From contig CAVWCF010000001.1 in NCBI GenBank assembly GCA_963753435.1, positions 1,120,001-1,184,000 of the forward strand: DNA of 64,000 bases, given 5' to 3'. Both the position numbers and the translations under genes were made by a program. Of this stretch, positions 10,782 to 22,103 are shown piece by piece; position 1 is the stretch's first letter; every line of letters begins with the position of its first letter. A model generated the notes under the pieces. That model made no database searches and was not told the DNA's origin. It saw only the letters and a list, made by a program, of their open reading frames with translations. This stretch comes from an uncultured Actinomycetota bacterium. Lineage in GTDB: Bacteria; Actinomycetota; Actinomycetes; CAVWCF01.

Positions 10782-10854
10782 TAGCGGAGGCCGGACTCGA
10801 ACCGGCGACACAGCGATTATGAGCCGCTTGCTCTACCACCTGAGCTACTCCGCC
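10782..10854 (-). tRNA. tRNA-Met (CAT), probably elongator
   Basis: GGCGGAGTAGCTCAGGTGGTAGAGC...CTCATAA...GTTCGAGTCC...CTCCGCTA. Confidence 0.93.
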
Positions 10855-10889
10855 GCGGTCGGTCGAGCCAATGGTTCGACCGGCCTCCG

Positions 10890-10962
10890 AGCCCCAATAC
10901 GGAATCGAACCGTAGACCTTCTCCTTACCATGGAGACGCTCTACCGACTGAGCTATTGGGGC
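10890..10962 (-). tRNA. tRNA-Thr (GGT)
   Basis: GCCCCAATAGCTCAGTCGGTAGAGC...ATGGTAA...GTTCGATTCC...TTGGGGCT. Confidence 0.96.
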
Positions 10963-11045
10963 GATGCGCCGGGCAAGGGTACACGCGGCGCACGGTCGCG
11001 ACGAATTCCCGTCCAACCGGCTGCCGCAAGCCCGCAGAAAGTGCG

Positions 11046-11071
11046 AGAGGCGCCACCGAAGTGACGCCTCT
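11046..11071 (-). terminator. Hairpin downstream of tRNA-Tyr
   Basis: AGAGGCGTCAC-TTCG-GTGGCGCCTCT on the minus strand. Confidence 0.55.
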
Positions 11072-11077
11072 TCGCCG

Positions 11078-11159
11078 TGGCAGGTGTTGGGTTCGAACCA
11101 ACGTAGGCAATGCCGGCGGATTTACAGTCCGCTCCCTTTGGCCACTCGGGCAACCTGCC
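11078..11159 (-). tRNA. tRNA-Tyr (GTA)
   Basis: GGCAGGTTGCCCGAGTGGCCAAAGGG...CTGTAAA, long variable arm, GTTCGAACCC...ACCTGCCA. Confidence 0.96.
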
Positions 11160-11226
11160 GTCTCGCCTCGCGGCGAGCGCCGAGAATAGCCGAAATCTGA
11201 AGGCTCCCGACGCCCAGCCCTGGGTC

Positions 11227-12633
11227 TCAGCCCAGCCCGAGCACCCATTCCGGTGCCACCGATCCCACGACCAGGACAACCGCGGCAATGACGCCCGCCG
11301 CACTCACCCCGATGGGTACCGAGACTCGACCCGATCCAGCTTGCAGCGCCGGGACCAGCCACCGCAGGTAGGCGGCCACGCCCACCAACACCGCCAGGGC
11401 CAGCAGCACGGCCAGCACCACGGATCCGGCGCCCACCGGCTCGGCGATCACGCGGACCTTGGCGAACAGCCCGAGCATCGCCGGCGGCAATCCGGCCAGC
11501 GACACCAGGCCGACCGCCAGCACTGCGGTGGCGACGGGCGCCCTGGTAATCAGCCCGACCAGGTCCGTTCGGCGCAGCACCGAACGGGTCCCCGCCGCGG
11601 CCAGCACTGCGGCGAACACGGCAACGGTCATGGCCGCGTAGGTCACCAGGTAGGCAATAACTGCCGACTCGGCGGAGTCGAACCGGTCCGTTTCCCCCGC
11701 GACCGCCCCCAGCGGCGCCAAGAGGAATCCGGCCTGCGCGACTGAGGACCAGCCCAGGAACCGACCGGCAACGTCCTGCCGCAGCGCGGCCAGGACCCCC
11801 AGCGCGAGGGTGGCACCGGCAGCCACGCCCAGGGCCACGGCCCAGACATCGGCCAAGGGCAGGAAGGTGCGCGCCAGCAGTAGCACTGCCGCAACACCGG
11901 CCGTCTTGGACACGACCGCCAAGAAGGCGGTGACCGGTAGGGGTGAGCCGCTGTACACGTCCGGAGCCCAGCCGTGCAGCGGCACAGCGGCGGTCTTGAA
12001 GACCGGCAGCGCGAAGAGCAGCACGACTGCCACCGCCACGAGCGGCGGTTGCTCCCCGCTGACCGCGTCCGGCAGTTCGGACAGGAACACCGTCCCGGTG
12101 CTCAGGTACAGCAGCGCCAGCCCGTACAGGCTCACCGCGGTCGCAGCGACCGACACGAGGAACGCCTTCAGCGCCGCCTCGCCCGCCCCGGCGTCGTCGC
12201 GGCGCAAGCCGATCAGGGCGTACGTCGGCAGGGACACGGTCTCCAGCGCAATGAGCAGCGTGGCCAGGTCGCCGGCAGCCGGCACCACCAGCGCACCCGA
12301 TGTCGCCGCCAGCGTCAGGCCGTAGAACTCCGGCCCGGAGATCCGCGCCGCGGGGACGAACGCGGCCGCCAACAGCACCACGGCCGCCGCACCGGCCAGG
12401 ATCAGCCACTGCAGCAGGACCGCGGTCTGATCCGCGGTGTAGGAGCAGGCGGAGTCGACGCAGAACGTCTCGCCGGTGCCGCTGATGGCCAGCAGCACGC
12501 CGGCGGTGGCGAGCACGCCCAACGCCGTCGGCGCCAACACGGCCCGGTCGAACCAAAGGCCACCCAGGAGCAGCAGCACCGCACCCGCGGCGACTACGAC
12601 CGGTGCGGCCGTGACGAACAGATCGATGCTCAC
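11227..12633 (-). CDS. nuoN2: NADH-quinone oxidoreductase subunit N (second cluster)
   Basis: ALETVSLPTYAL, EAALKAF, FKTAAVPLHGWAPDVYSG, SLAGLPP; GTG overlaps the nuoM2 stop. Confidence 0.92.
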   Translation of the reverse strand: MSIDLFVTAAPVVVAAGAVLLLLGGLWFDRAVLAPTALGVLATAGVLLAISGTGETFCVDSACSYTADQTAVLLQWLILAGAAAVVLLAAAFVPAARISGPEFYGLTLAATSGALVVPAAGDLATLLIALETVSLPTYALIGLRRDDAGAGEAALKAFLVSVAATAVSLYGLALLYLSTGTVFLSELPDAVSGEQPPLVAVAVVLLFALPVFKTAAVPLHGWAPDVYSGSPLPVTAFLAVVSKTAGVAAVLLLARTFLPLADVWAVALGVAAGATLALGVLAALRQDVAGRFLGWSSVAQAGFLLAPLGAVAGETDRFDSAESAVIAYLVTYAAMTVAVFAAVLAAAGTRSVLRRTDLVGLITRAPVATAVLAVGLVSLAGLPPAMLGLFAKVRVIAEPVGAGSVVLAVLLALAVLVGVAAYLRWLVPALQAGSGRVSVPIGVSAAGVIAAVVLVVGSVAPEWVLGLG

Positions 12634-14123
12634 ACCGCACCCCCGAGGAGTGCGGCCACCGCGGGCGTGGTCAGGTCGAGCAACAGGAAGGGCAGAACGC
12701 CGAAGGCGATCGACAGCGCCACCAGTGGCAGCCAGGCGACGGCCTCCAGGCCGCGCACGTCGGCGACCGCGGGGGCGTCGGCTGCAGCCCCTTGGTTGAT
12801 GCGCCGGACCATCTGCAGCAGGTAGGCCGCGGTCAGCACGGTGCCGATCGCCGCCAAGACCGTGAGCGTGCGGAACAGCACCAGGTCCTGACCCTCGGCG
12901 GGCGAGAACGAGCCGACCATCGCCAGGAACTCCCCGGGGAAGCCGGCCAGGCCCGGCAGGCCGAGGCTGGCCACAGCGGCGATCAGGAAGATGGCGCCCA
13001 GGCGGGGCGCCCGCGCGTACAGCGCGCGGGGCAACGCGGCGAACGAGGTGCTGCCGTCGCGATCCTTGATGCCGCCGACGAGGAAGAACAGCAGGCCGGT
13101 GATGACACCGTGCGCGATGTTCGCGAACAACGCCCCGTTGACGCCGGCTTCGGTGAGGGTCGCGATTCCGAGCAGCACGAACCCCATGTGCCCCACCGAG
13201 GAGAAGGCGATCAGCCGCTTCAGGTCGTTCTGGGCCAGGCACGCCAGCGACCCGTAGAGGATCCCGGCAACCCCGAGCACGCCGAGGACCGGCGCCCAGA
13301 ACTGCGCGCCTTCGGGCACGATCGGCAGCCCGACCCGAACGAAGCCGTAGGTGCCCATCTTCAGCAGCACCCCGGCCAGCAGGACCGAGCCGACAGTCGG
13401 CGCAGCGGTGTGCGCGTCCGGCAGCCACGAGTGGAACGGGAACGCGGGAGTCTTGATGGCGAAGCCGAGCCCGATGGCACCGAAGGCCAGGATCTGCACC
13501 GATCGTGGCAGGACTGCGCCTTCGGCCTGCGCCAGGGCAACCATGTCGAACGTGCCCGACTGCAGCCCGATGACCAGCAGGCCCAGCAGCATCACCGCTG
13601 ACCCGGCGACGGTGACCAGGATGAACTTCTGGGCGGCCGGGCCGCGCCCATCGCCACCCCAGCGCGCGATCACGAAGTACATCGGGATCAGCACCGCTTC
13701 GAAGAAGGCGAAGAACAGCAACAGGTCGGCGGCCACGAAGGTGCCGATCAACGCTGACTGCAAGAGCAGCAGCAACGCGGTGAAGGCTCGGGCGTTGCCC
13801 GGCGCCGGCAGCCAGCGCAACGTGTAGGCCGCGCACAGCAGGCCCAGCAGCACGGTCAGCAGCACCAGTGGCAGCGAGATGCCGTCGATGCCGATGTGGA
13901 ATCGCACCCCTAGCGCGGGGATCCAGGAGACGTTCGTCTCTGCTTGCAGCGCGGTTCGGTCCTGCTCGAAACCAGCCGCCAGCGCGATCGCAATAACTGT
14001 GTTGACGGCAGTGACGCCAAGCCCGAGCCATCGCGCGGGCGCTTCGCCGCGCGGCCCGGCGACGGCCAACAGCACCGCCCCGGCGGCCGGTAGCGTCAGC
14101 AGGAGCAGCAGCAGTTCGCTCAT
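12630..14123 (-). CDS. nuoM2: NADH-quinone oxidoreductase subunit M (second cluster)
   Basis: GIDGISL, FFEAVLIPMY, IKTPAFPFHSWLPDAH, LLKMGTYG. Confidence 0.95.
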   Translation of the reverse strand: MSELLLLLLTLPAAGAVLLAVAGPRGEAPARWLGLGVTAVNTVIAIALAAGFEQDRTALQAETNVSWIPALGVRFHIGIDGISLPLVLLTVLLGLLCAAYTLRWLPAPGNARAFTALLLLLQSALIGTFVAADLLLFFAFFEAVLIPMYFVIARWGGDGRGPAAQKFILVTVAGSAVMLLGLLVIGLQSGTFDMVALAQAEGAVLPRSVQILAFGAIGLGFAIKTPAFPFHSWLPDAHTAAPTVGSVLLAGVLLKMGTYGFVRVGLPIVPEGAQFWAPVLGVLGVAGILYGSLACLAQNDLKRLIAFSSVGHMGFVLLGIATLTEAGVNGALFANIAHGVITGLLFFLVGGIKDRDGSTSFAALPRALYARAPRLGAIFLIAAVASLGLPGLAGFPGEFLAMVGSFSPAEGQDLVLFRTLTVLAAIGTVLTAAYLLQMVRRINQGAAADAPAVADVRGLEAVAWLPLVALSIAFGVLPFLLLDLTTPAVAALLGGAV

Positions 14124-15994
14124 GCGGCACCTGCCAGCAACGCCGCCGCGGCGGCCACGAGGAGCACGGCACCCGCTCCGGCGAGGACACCAAGCAGCGA
14201 TCGCTGCACGTTGCCGTTCTGCGTCTGCCGGATGGCGCCACCGGCCGACCAGCCGGCGGACCCCGCACCTTCGACGGCGGCGTCCACGACGCTGTCCTCA
14301 GTGCGCAGCACCGCCCGAGCCAAGGCCCTGATCGGGCGGACCACGGTCGCGTCGTAGAAGTTGTCGACATAGAAGGCGTGCTGCAGCACGGGGCCATCGA
14401 GTCGCAGCGACCGAGACGGGTCAGCGGCGCGGTTGCGCGCCCACGCCCCGGCCATTACTCCGGCTCCGAGGATCGCAAGCACGGTCGAAAGCAGGCCGAG
14501 CGCGGCCTCCGGCGCGAACGCCTTGATCTCCTCGCTGCCCGGACCGGTGATCCAGGTGGGCAACCACTCCGCGCGGAGCGCGAGGAATCCGAGTCCGATG
14601 CTGGGCACGGCAAGGATCACCAATGGCAACGTCATCAGGGCGCCGGACTCGTGCGGTTGGGCCGCGCCGCGGTACTGCCCGGCGAACGTGCGCAGGAACA
14701 GCCGGGTGGCGTACGCGCCGGTGATCACCACCGTGACCAAACCGGCGATCAGCACCATCCAGCCGGTCCAGGTGGCGACGACCGCTTCGCCTTCGATGGC
14801 GTATTCGGCCGCGGCGAGCACCGACTCCTTGGAGAAGAAGCCCGCCAGCGGCGGGATCCCCACCAAGGCCGCCAAGCCGACCGCCATCGTGGTGGCGGTC
14901 ACCGGCATCCGGCGGCCGAGTCCGCCCATCGCCGCCATGGAGTTGGTGGCCACGGCATGGATCACCGAACCCGCGGCCAGGAAGAGAAGTGCCTTGAACG
15001 CCGCGTGGGAGATGAGGTGGAAGACGGCGGCGTCTGAGGACCCGACGCCAAGCGCAGCCAGCATGTACGCGAGCTGGCTGATGGTCGAGTACGCCAGCAC
15101 GCGCTTGATGTCGTCGGCGGCCAACGCGGCCAAGGCCGCACCGACCATGCCGATCACCGCCAGGACCGCGAGCACCTGCAACACCTGCGGCGTGGCCAGG
15201 TACAGCGGGTACAGCCGGGCGACCAGATAGATGCCGGCCGCGACCATGGTTGCGGCGTGGATCAGGGCGCTGATCGGCGTGGGGCCGGCCATGGCGTCCG
15301 GCAGCCAGGTGTGCAGCGGGAACTGCGCGCTCTTGCCGACGACTGCGGCACCGATGAGCAGGCCGGCCGCCAGCAGTGTGGTGGCATCCAGGCCGCTCAC
15401 CGCGGCCAGCACGTCGGCGATCTGGAACGAACCAACTGCCGCGCCCAACACCAGGATGCCGAGCAGCAGCCCGACGTCACCGGTGCGCGTAACCAGGAAG
15501 GCCTTGACCGCGGCGGCCCGGGCGACGCGGTCCTCCCAGTGGTGGCCGATGAGCAGGTAGGAACACAGCCCCATCACTTCCCAGCCGACCAGCAGGACCA
15601 GCAGATCGCCGGCGACCACGACCAGGAACATGGCCGCGGTGAACAGCGAAACCACCGCGGCGTAGGAGGAGTACCGGGGATCGTCGCGCAGGTACTCGAT
15701 GGAGTAGACCTGCACCAGCGTGGCCACCACGCCGACCATGACCGCTACTGAGCCGGCCAAGCCGTCGATGCTGGTTACCAACGCGACGGGCGTGAAACCG
15801 GTGGGGATGCTGCCCAGGTCGGAGGTGATCGGCTCGACCCACGGGCTGCGGGTGGCCATGACCCAGACCGCCAACACCAGCGCGGCCGCCGGACCCGCAA
15901 CAGCGACAAGCGCCGCCGCGCCCCGGCTGCGCCGACCGATGCTCAGCCCGATGACGGCGCCGAGCAGCGGCAGCGCGGGCAGCCACCAGCTCAT
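14120..15994 (-). CDS. nuoL2: NADH-quinone oxidoreductase subunit L (second cluster)
   Basis: [46 protein letters not shown]. Confidence 0.95.
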   Translation of the reverse strand: MSWWLPALPLLGAVIGLSIGRRSRGAAALVAVAGPAAALVLAVWVMATRSPWVEPITSDLGSIPTGFTPVALVTSIDGLAGSVAVMVGVVATLVQVYSIEYLRDDPRYSSYAAVVSLFTAAMFLVVVAGDLLVLLVGWEVMGLCSYLLIGHHWEDRVARAAAVKAFLVTRTGDVGLLLGILVLGAAVGSFQIADVLAAVSGLDATTLLAAGLLIGAAVVGKSAQFPLHTWLPDAMAGPTPISALIHAATMVAAGIYLVARLYPLYLATPQVLQVLAVLAVIGMVGAALAALAADDIKRVLAYSTISQLAYMLAALGVGSSDAAVFHLISHAAFKALLFLAAGSVIHAVATNSMAAMGGLGRRMPVTATTMAVGLAALVGIPPLAGFFSKESVLAAAEYAIEGEAVVATWTGWMVLIAGLVTVVITGAYATRLFLRTFAGQYRGAAQPHESGALMTLPLVILAVPSIGLGFLALRAEWLPTWITGPGSEEIKAFAPEAALGLLSTVLAILGAGVMAGAWARNRAADPSRSLRLDGPVLQHAFYVDNFYDATVVRPIRALARAVLRTEDSVVDAAVEGAGSAGWSAGGAIRQTQNGNVQRSLLGVLAGAGAVLLVAAAAALLAGAA

Positions 15995-16332
15995 GGCGCG
16001 ATCCCCTTGGACTCCTGCGCGTCGGACTCGCGCAGCAACCGCAGTTGGTCGATGTTGATGCTCGCGCGCTGCCGGAACACGAGCAACGCGATGGCCAGAC
16101 CCAGGCCGATCTCCGCGGCGGCCAACGTGATGACGAACAGCGCCAGCACTTGACCGCTGTGCCGGTCATCGCCGGTGAAGACGTCGCCCAGAACCAGCAG
16201 CAACGTGGCCGCGTTGAGCATGAGCTCCACGCCGATCAGCACGAGGATCGCGTTGCGCCGGCGCAGCACCGCGTACAGGCCGAGCGAAAGCAGCAGTGCC
16301 GACAGCACCGCGGGGTAGGCGACGTGGATCAC
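15991..16332 (-). CDS. nuoK2: NADH-quinone oxidoreductase subunit K (second cluster)
   Basis: [17 protein letters not shown]...[10 protein letters not shown]. Confidence 0.93.
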   Translation of the reverse strand: MIHVAYPAVLSALLLSLGLYAVLRRRNAILVLIGVELMLNAATLLLVLGDVFTGDDRHSGQVLALFVITLAAAEIGLGLAIALLVFRQRASINIDQLRLLRESDAQESKGIAP

Positions 16333-16853
16333 TCGTCGTCTCCGGACTTGCTCAGCGCGATCGCACCGACAAGCGCTGCCAGCAGCAGCACCGACAGCAC
16401 TTCGAACGGCAGCACCCAGGTCCGGAACACCGCGGCCCCGGCTACTTCGGCGCTGCCGATCTCGGCGGCGTTCAGATCGATGGTCGCCCGCCCGAACGCG
16501 TCCAGCAGCAGCACGATCACTGCGGCGCCGGCAGCAACCGCAACCACGAGCGGGGGCCACCGCGAATCGGAGTCGGCGTCCGGGGACGCACCGATGGGGG
16601 CTCGCGTCAGCATCAAGCCGAAGACCAGCAGGACCACGACGGCGCCGACGTAGATGAGTACCTGCACCCACGCCACGAACTCAGCAGTGAGGATGAGGAA
16701 ACAACCCGCGACCGCACCGAGGGTGACCACCAGCGAAAGGGCCGCGTGCACCAGGTTGCGGGTGGTGACGGCGAACAGACCTGAGCCCACGGCCACGACG
16801 CCGAGCAGGACGAACACCCACTCCGGCCCGGACAGCGGCCACAAGTCGACCAC
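16329..16853 (-). CDS. nuoJ2: NADH-quinone oxidoreductase subunit J (second cluster)
   Basis: [36 protein letters not shown]. Confidence 0.93.
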   Translation of the reverse strand: MVDLWPLSGPEWVFVLLGVVAVGSGLFAVTTRNLVHAALSLVVTLGAVAGCFLILTAEFVAWVQVLIYVGAVVVLLVFGLMLTRAPIGASPDADSDSRWPPLVVAVAAGAAVIVLLLDAFGRATIDLNAAEIGSAEVAGAAVFRTWVLPFEVLSVLLLAALVGAIALSKSGDDE

Positions 16854-16855
16854 TC

Positions 16856-17374
16856 CTACTCCTCCGCGCCCGCTTGGCCGGCCTTGGTCCACTCCTTGGC
16901 GTCCGCTGCTCGCTTGTCCAGCGCCGGGGGCGGCGGAACGGTCCACATCCATTGGCGCAACCGGTCCTTCTCGTGGACCAGGTCACGGATGTCCAACTCC
17001 GCGTACTCGAACTCGGGGCTCCAGAACAGCGCGTCGAACGGGCACGCCTCGATGCAGATGCCGCAGTACATGCACAGCGAGAAGTCGATGGCGAAGCGGT
17101 CCAGGACGTTGCGCTGGCGCTCACGCCCACCCGGGGGCGCGGGAATGGTCTCCTTGTGGGAGTCGATGTAGATGCACCAGTCCGGGCATTCGCGCGAGCA
17201 CAGCATGCAGACCGTGCAGTTCTCCTCCAGCAACGCGATCACGCCACGGCTGCGCGGCGGCAACTCCGGCTGCACGTCCGGGTACTGCGCGGTCACCGCG
17301 CGCTTGGTCATCTGCTTGAACGTGGTCGCCATGCCCTGCGCCAGGCCACGCAGGCCTGGGGTCGGATCACTCAT
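16856..17374 (-). CDS. nuoI2: NADH-quinone oxidoreductase subunit I (second cluster)
   Basis: [12 protein letters not shown] and [12 protein letters not shown] [4Fe-4S] motifs. Confidence 0.95.
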   Translation of the reverse strand: MSDPTPGLRGLAQGMATTFKQMTKRAVTAQYPDVQPELPPRSRGVIALLEENCTVCMLCSRECPDWCIYIDSHKETIPAPPGGRERQRNVLDRFAIDFSLCMYCGICIEACPFDALFWSPEFEYAELDIRDLVHEKDRLRQWMWTVPPPPALDKRAADAKEWTKAGQAGAEE

Positions 17375-17383
17375 GTGCCCTCC

Positions 17384-18334
17384 TCATGCCAGCACCACCA
17401 CCGCGGTCAGGGCCAGTTGGCCGAGGGCCACGGGGACCAGGACCACCCAGGCCAGCCGTTGCAGTTGGTCCGCGCGCATCCGGGGCACGCTGACCCGCAA
17501 CCAGATCACGACGAACGAAAGCGCCAGGGTCTTCAGCAGGGTCCAGCCAACGCCCAGCCACTCCGGGCCCGGCCCCGACCAACCGCCGAGGAAGAGCACC
17601 GCCGCCAAAGCGCTGAACAGCACGATCCCGGCGTACTCACCGAGCAGGAACAGCGCGAACCGCAGACCGGTGTACTCAGTCAGCGGGCCCATGATGATCT
17701 CGGCGTCGGCGATGGGCATGTCAAAGGGCGGGCGGCTGAGTTCGGCCAGGGCCGCGATGCTGAACACCACGAACGCCGGCAGTTGCCACAGCAACCACCA
17801 CGGTTGCCACGCCTCGACGATGCCGGTCAGCGACAGCGTGCCCGCGGCCATGGCGACGGAGGCGGCCGCCAGAACCAGTGGCAACTCGTACGCGACCAGT
17901 TGCGCGGCCTGGCGCATGCCGCCGAGCAGCGCGAACTTGTTGGCGCTGGCCCAGGACGCCATCAGGGGGCCGAGCACCGCCACCCCGAGCGCGGCCAGCA
18001 CGAAGAACAGCGCCAGGTCGGAGTCGATGCCGACGATCGTCGGCGACAACGGGATGGCGATCATCGCGACGAGGTAGGGCAGCAATGCCAGAACCGGGGC
18101 GAGCCGGAAGATGACCGGGTCGGCCCGTTCTGGCAGCACGTCTTCCTTCTGTGCGAACTTCACCCCGTCGGCGACCAGCTGGGCAACGCCATGGAAGGCG
18201 CCGGCGTACATGGGCCCCAGCCGCGCCTGCATGTGGGCCATGGCCTTGTGTTCCATCTGCCCGACGAGCAACGGCAAGGTCAGGAAGGCGATCAGGACCA
18301 GCAGCAGCGTCACGACGACTTCGAGGAGGTCCAT
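17384..18334 (-). CDS. nuoH2: NADH-quinone oxidoreductase subunit H (second cluster)
   Basis: HMQARLGP, ADGVKFAQKED, AELSRPPFD, TEYTGLRFA. Confidence 0.95.
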   Translation of the reverse strand: MDLLEVVVTLLLVLIAFLTLPLLVGQMEHKAMAHMQARLGPMYAGAFHGVAQLVADGVKFAQKEDVLPERADPVIFRLAPVLALLPYLVAMIAIPLSPTIVGIDSDLALFFVLAALGVAVLGPLMASWASANKFALLGGMRQAAQLVAYELPLVLAAASVAMAAGTLSLTGIVEAWQPWWLLWQLPAFVVFSIAALAELSRPPFDMPIADAEIIMGPLTEYTGLRFALFLLGEYAGIVLFSALAAVLFLGGWSGPGPEWLGVGWTLLKTLALSFVVIWLRVSVPRMRADQLQRLAWVVLVPVALGQLALTAVVVLA

Positions 18335-18984
18335 CAGCCCTCCCCCGGCGTGGCGTTGTCAGCCGGTTTGGCCGCCGCAGCCGGGTCTGCGGCTGGCTCG
18401 GCGGCGGCCTCAGCCACTTCGGGCTGGGTCTCATCGGCGGCGGCACCCCATTCCGGCCCTGGAACTCCGGGCGGGGTCATCTTTCGTCGGCTCGGGGCCC
18501 CGTGCTCGGACTCGCCTGGCTCCTTCGCGCCGGGCCAGGACTTGGCCGCCCGGGCGGCGAGGACGAACTCCTTGCGCAACGGATGGCCCTCGAACTCATC
18601 CGGCAGCAGCAACGGGATCAGGTGCGGGTGGCCGGGGAAGTCCACGCCGAACATCTCGTGGGTTTCCCGCTCATGCCAGGCGGCACCGGCGTACACACCA
18701 GTCGCCGTCGGCAGCGCTGGGTCCGAACGCGACACCCGGGTCCGCAGCAGCAGTCGCTGCCGGCGTTGCGGGCAGTAGGTGTGCAGGACGATCGCGAAGC
18801 CGTCGGCTTCTTCGTCGACCGCAGTCAGGAAATCGAAGAAGGAACAGCCCAGGTCGTCACGCGCGGTCTGCAGCGAGTCGGTCCACTCCGCGGCGGCCAC
18901 GTCCGCGGTCAAGTAGCCGAACTCTTCGGCAACCGTCGCCTGCGGGAGTGCGGCGGCCACGTCCTGCGCCCAGTTCTCGCTCAC
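18334..18984 (-). CDS. nuoC2: NADH-quinone oxidoreductase subunit C (second cluster)
   Basis: [35 protein letters not shown]. Confidence 0.92.
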   Translation of the reverse strand: MSENWAQDVAAALPQATVAEEFGYLTADVAAAEWTDSLQTARDDLGCSFFDFLTAVDEEADGFAIVLHTYCPQRRQRLLLRTRVSRSDPALPTATGVYAGAAWHERETHEMFGVDFPGHPHLIPLLLPDEFEGHPLRKEFVLAARAAKSWPGAKEPGESEHGAPSRRKMTPPGVPGPEWGAAADETQPEVAEAAAEPAADPAAAAKPADNATPGEG

Positions 18985-19586
18985 GACCCGAGTGCTCCCC
19001 CGGCTGCCGGCGGCTGGGCCAGCGGCGCGGTCAATTGCTTGGCCGTGAGTTGCGGAGCGGGGTTTTGTGCCGGTACCGGCTCTCCCGGGTAGCGATCGGC
19101 GAGGTTCTCCCCGGCGATCTTCTCCTGCAGTTTGAGGATGCCGTGCAGCAACGCCTCCGGCCGCGGCGGGCATCCGGGCACGTAGACATCCACGGGGATG
19201 ATCTGGTCGACGCCCTTTGTCACCGAGTACGAATCCCAGTACGGACCACCGCAGTTGGCGCAGGCCCCGAACGAGATGACGTACTTGGGTTCGGGCATCT
19301 GCTCGTAGAGCCGCAGGATGGCCGGCGCCATCTTGTCGGTGACGGTGCCCGAAACGATCATCAGGTCGGCCTGCCGCGGACCGGGGGCGAACGGGATCAC
19401 CCCTAGGCGAATGAAGTCGTGGCGGCCCATGGATCCGGAGATGAACTCGATCGCGCAACAGGCCAAGCCGAAGTTGAACACCCACAACGAGTAGCGCCGA
19501 CCCCAGTTGAGGATGAACCGCAGCGGCGCCGGGGCGACTCGCTGCAGGCCCCCGACGGTCGGCGCGGGCAGGTTCACGGCCCCCAC
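18981..19586 (-). CDS. nuoB2: NADH-quinone oxidoreductase subunit B (second cluster)
   Basis: [28 protein letters not shown]. Confidence 0.95.
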   Translation of the reverse strand: MGAVNLPAPTVGGLQRVAPAPLRFILNWGRRYSLWVFNFGLACCAIEFISGSMGRHDFIRLGVIPFAPGPRQADLMIVSGTVTDKMAPAILRLYEQMPEPKYVISFGACANCGGPYWDSYSVTKGVDQIIPVDVYVPGCPPRPEALLHGILKLQEKIAGENLADRYPGEPVPAQNPAPQLTAKQLTAPLAQPPAAGGALGS

Positions 19587-19948
19587 GTCAGCACCCCCCG
19601 CTTACCCGCGTAGGCCAGCCCGACCGCGATGAACCCGATGAAGACCGCCATCTCGATCAGCGCGGTGACGCCGAAACCCGGGTCGGCGAACACCGTGGCC
19701 CACGGGAACAGGTAGATGGCGTCGACGGCGAAGATGACGTACAGGTACGCGAACACGTAGAAGCGGATGTGGGTCTGGGCCCAGCCCTCCCCGACCGGGT
19801 CGAGTCCGCATTCGTAGGTCTTGGCCTTGTCCACCGACGGCGCGGCGGGGGCCAGCAGGCGATTCGCGGTGAAGGCCACGACCGTGAAGCCCACGCCGAG
19901 CAGCACCAGCAGGCCGACCAAGCCCCACGTCTGGCCGTACTCGCCCAC
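19574..19948 (-). CDS. nuoA2: NADH-quinone oxidoreductase subunit A (second cluster)
   Basis: [23 protein letters not shown]. Confidence 0.93.
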   Translation of the reverse strand: MGEYGQTWGLVGLLVLLGVGFTVVAFTANRLLAPAAPSVDKAKTYECGLDPVGEGWAQTHIRFYVFAYLYVIFAVDAIYLFPWATVFADPGFGVTALIEMAVFIGFIAVGLAYAGKRGVLTWGP

Positions 19949-20046
19949 GTGCCCTCCCGAACGTCACGGCGAGACTAACGAGACCGTGCCGCGAAGGAAG
20001 GGTCTTCGGACCGGCCTTTCGCGACGAGTTCCCCGGATCTGTCTGG

Positions 20047-20093
20047 ATCAGAGCACCCCTGATGGCATCTAGTTGGAACAGGGGTTCTCTGAT
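20047..20093. repeat. 15-bp inverted repeat in the nuoA2/korA divergent spacer
   Basis: ATCAGAGCACCCCTG-N17-CAGGGGTTCTCTGAT (14 of 15 complementary). Confidence 0.7.
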
Positions 20094-20240
20094 GCGAATG
20101 AGTCCGGGGCGGGTGGGGTCCAAGGTCCCTCGCCCCCGAGATCGCGTGCGGGCAGAGTTGTGAAACACTTCTATTACCTATTCGAGGTCGTCCGCAGCGT
20201 CGCGTCCAGACCTCGCCAGTTCATCGTTGAGGCGGGCTCA

Positions 20241-22103
20241 GTGGCCAAGGAAGTCGTCCAAGTCGATCGTGTGATCATCCGTTTCGCCGGCGACTCCGGT
20301 GACGGCATGCAGTTGACCGGAGACCGGTTCACCTCCGAGACCGCCGAGCTCGGCAACGACCTGTCGACGCTGCCCGACTTCCCGGCCGAGATCCGCGCAC
20401 CAGCGGGCACCCTGCCCGGCGTCAGCGCCTTCCAGTTGCACTTCGCCGATCACGACATCATGACCCCCGGCGACTCCCCGAACGTCCTGGTCGCCATGAA
20501 CCCGGCCGCCCTCAAGGCCAACCTCATGGACCTCCCCCGCGGCGCGGACCTGATCGTCAACACCGACGAGTTCACCAACCGGAACTTGGCGAAGGTCGGC
20601 TACACCGCCAACCCGTTGGAGGACGGCTCGCTGGAGGCGTACCGGGTCCACGCCCTGGCCCTGACGTCGATGACGGTCGAAGCCCTCAAGGACTTCGACA
20701 TCTCCAAGAAGGACGCCGAGCGTTCCAAGAACATGTTCGCCCTTGGCCTGCTGTCGTGGCTCTACAACCGGCCGACGGAGAGCACCGAGACGTTCCTCAA
20801 GCGCAAGTTCTCCAAGAAGCCGGAGATCCTCGCCGCCAACATCGCTGCGTTCTCGGCCGGCTGGAACTTCGGCGAGACCACCGAGGACTTCTCCGTCACC
20901 TACGAGGTCAAGCCCGCGCCGATGCCGGCGGGCACCTACCGCAACATCACCGGCAACCTGGCGCTGGCCTTCGGTCTGGCTGCGGCCGGTCAGCGCAGCG
21001 GACTGCCGGTGTTCCTGGGCACCTACCCGATCACCCCGGCTTCGGACATCCTGCACGAGCTCAGCAAGCTGAAGCGCTTCGACGTGACGACGTTCCAGGC
21101 CGAGGACGAGATCGCCGGCGTCGGCGCCGCACTGGGCGCATCCTTCGGCGGTTCGCTCGGTGTCACCACCACCTCCGGGCCCGGCATCGCGCTGAAGGCG
21201 GAGACGATCGGGCTGGCCGTCAGCCTGGAACTGCCGCTGCTCGTCGTCAACGTGCAGCGTGGTGGCCCGTCCACCGGGCTGCCGACCAAGACCGAGCAGT
21301 CGGACCTGCTGCAGGTGATGTTCGGACGCAACGGCGAGGCGCCGGTACCGATCGTCGCCGCCTGCTCGCCGGCGGACTGCTTCAACGCGGCCCTGGAGGC
21401 GGCGCGGATCGCCACCAAGTACCGCACCCCGGTGATCCTGCTGTCCGACGGTTACCTGGCCAACGGGTCGGAGCCATGGCGCATCCCGTCGGTGGAGTCG
21501 CTGCCGGACCTGACCGTGGAGTTCGCCACGGAGCCGAACCACACCGACGCCGACGGCCACCCCGAGTACTGGCCGTACCTGCGCGATCCGGAGACGCTGG
21601 CCCGGCCGTGGGCGGTGCCGGGGACCCCGGGTCTGGAGCACCGCATCGGCGGCCTGGAGAAGGCCGACGGCACCGGCAACGTCTCCTACGACCCGTACAA
21701 CCACGACCTGATGGTTCGCACCCGAGCCGCCAAGGTGGAGGGCATCGCCCGCGACATCCCGCCGCTGGAGGTGGACGACCCCTCCGGGCAGGCCCGAGTC
21801 CTGGTGCTGGGTTGGGGTTCCACCTACGGACCGATCGGCGCCGGCTGCAAGCGTGTCCGCCGGGAGGGTTTGGACGTCGCGCAAGCGCACCTGCGGCACC
21901 TCAACCCGTTCCCAGCCAACCTCGGCGAGGTGCTGGCGCGCTACGACCGCGTGCTCATCCCGGAGATGAACCTGGGCCAGTTGGCCCTGCTGATCCGCGG
22001 GCGCTACTTGGTCGACGCCATGAGTTACACCCAGGTGCGCGGCTTGCCGTTCCGTGCCTCCGAGCTGGCCGATGTGATCCGGGATGTGGTCAAGAATGTC
22101 TGA
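20241..22103 (+). CDS. korA: 2-oxoacid:ferredoxin oxidoreductase alpha subunit
   Basis: IRFAGDSGDGMQLTG, YPITP, QAEDEIA, VQRGGPSTGLPTKTEQ. Confidence 0.96.
   Translation: MAKEVVQVDRVIIRFAGDSGDGMQLTGDRFTSETAELGNDLSTLPDFPAEIRAPAGTLPGVSAFQLHFADHDIMTPGDSPNVLVAMNPAALKANLMDLPRGADLIVNTDEFTNRNLAKVGYTANPLEDGSLEAYRVHALALTSMTVEALKDFDISKKDAERSKNMFALGLLSWLYNRPTESTETFLKRKFSKKPEILAANIAAFSAGWNFGETTEDFSVTYEVKPAPMPAGTYRNITGNLALAFGLAAAGQRSGLPVFLGTYPITPASDILHELSKLKRFDVTTFQAEDEIAGVGAALGASFGGSLGVTTTSGPGIALKAETIGLAVSLELPLLVVNVQRGGPSTGLPTKTEQSDLLQVMFGRNGEAPVPIVAACSPADCFNAALEAARIATKYRTPVILLSDGYLANGSEPWRIPSVESLPDLTVEFATEPNHTDADGHPEYWPYLRDPETLARPWAVPGTPGLEHRIGGLEKADGTGNVSYDPYNHDLMVRTRAAKVEGIARDIPPLEVDDPSGQARVLVLGWGSTYGPIGAGCKRVRREGLDVAQAHLRHLNPFPANLGEVLARYDRVLIPEMNLGQLALLIRGRYLVDAMSYTQVRGLPFRASELADVIRDVVKNV

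Noticed and set aside
10782-11159. tRNA cluster as an integration site for an island
   Set aside because: No integrase and no duplicated tRNA 3' end seen; flanks are core genes.
11227-14397. 1056-aa ORF suggesting a giant NuoN fusion
   Set aside because: The upstream part is an off-frame read of nuoM2/nuoL2; the real NuoN2 starts at GTG 12633.
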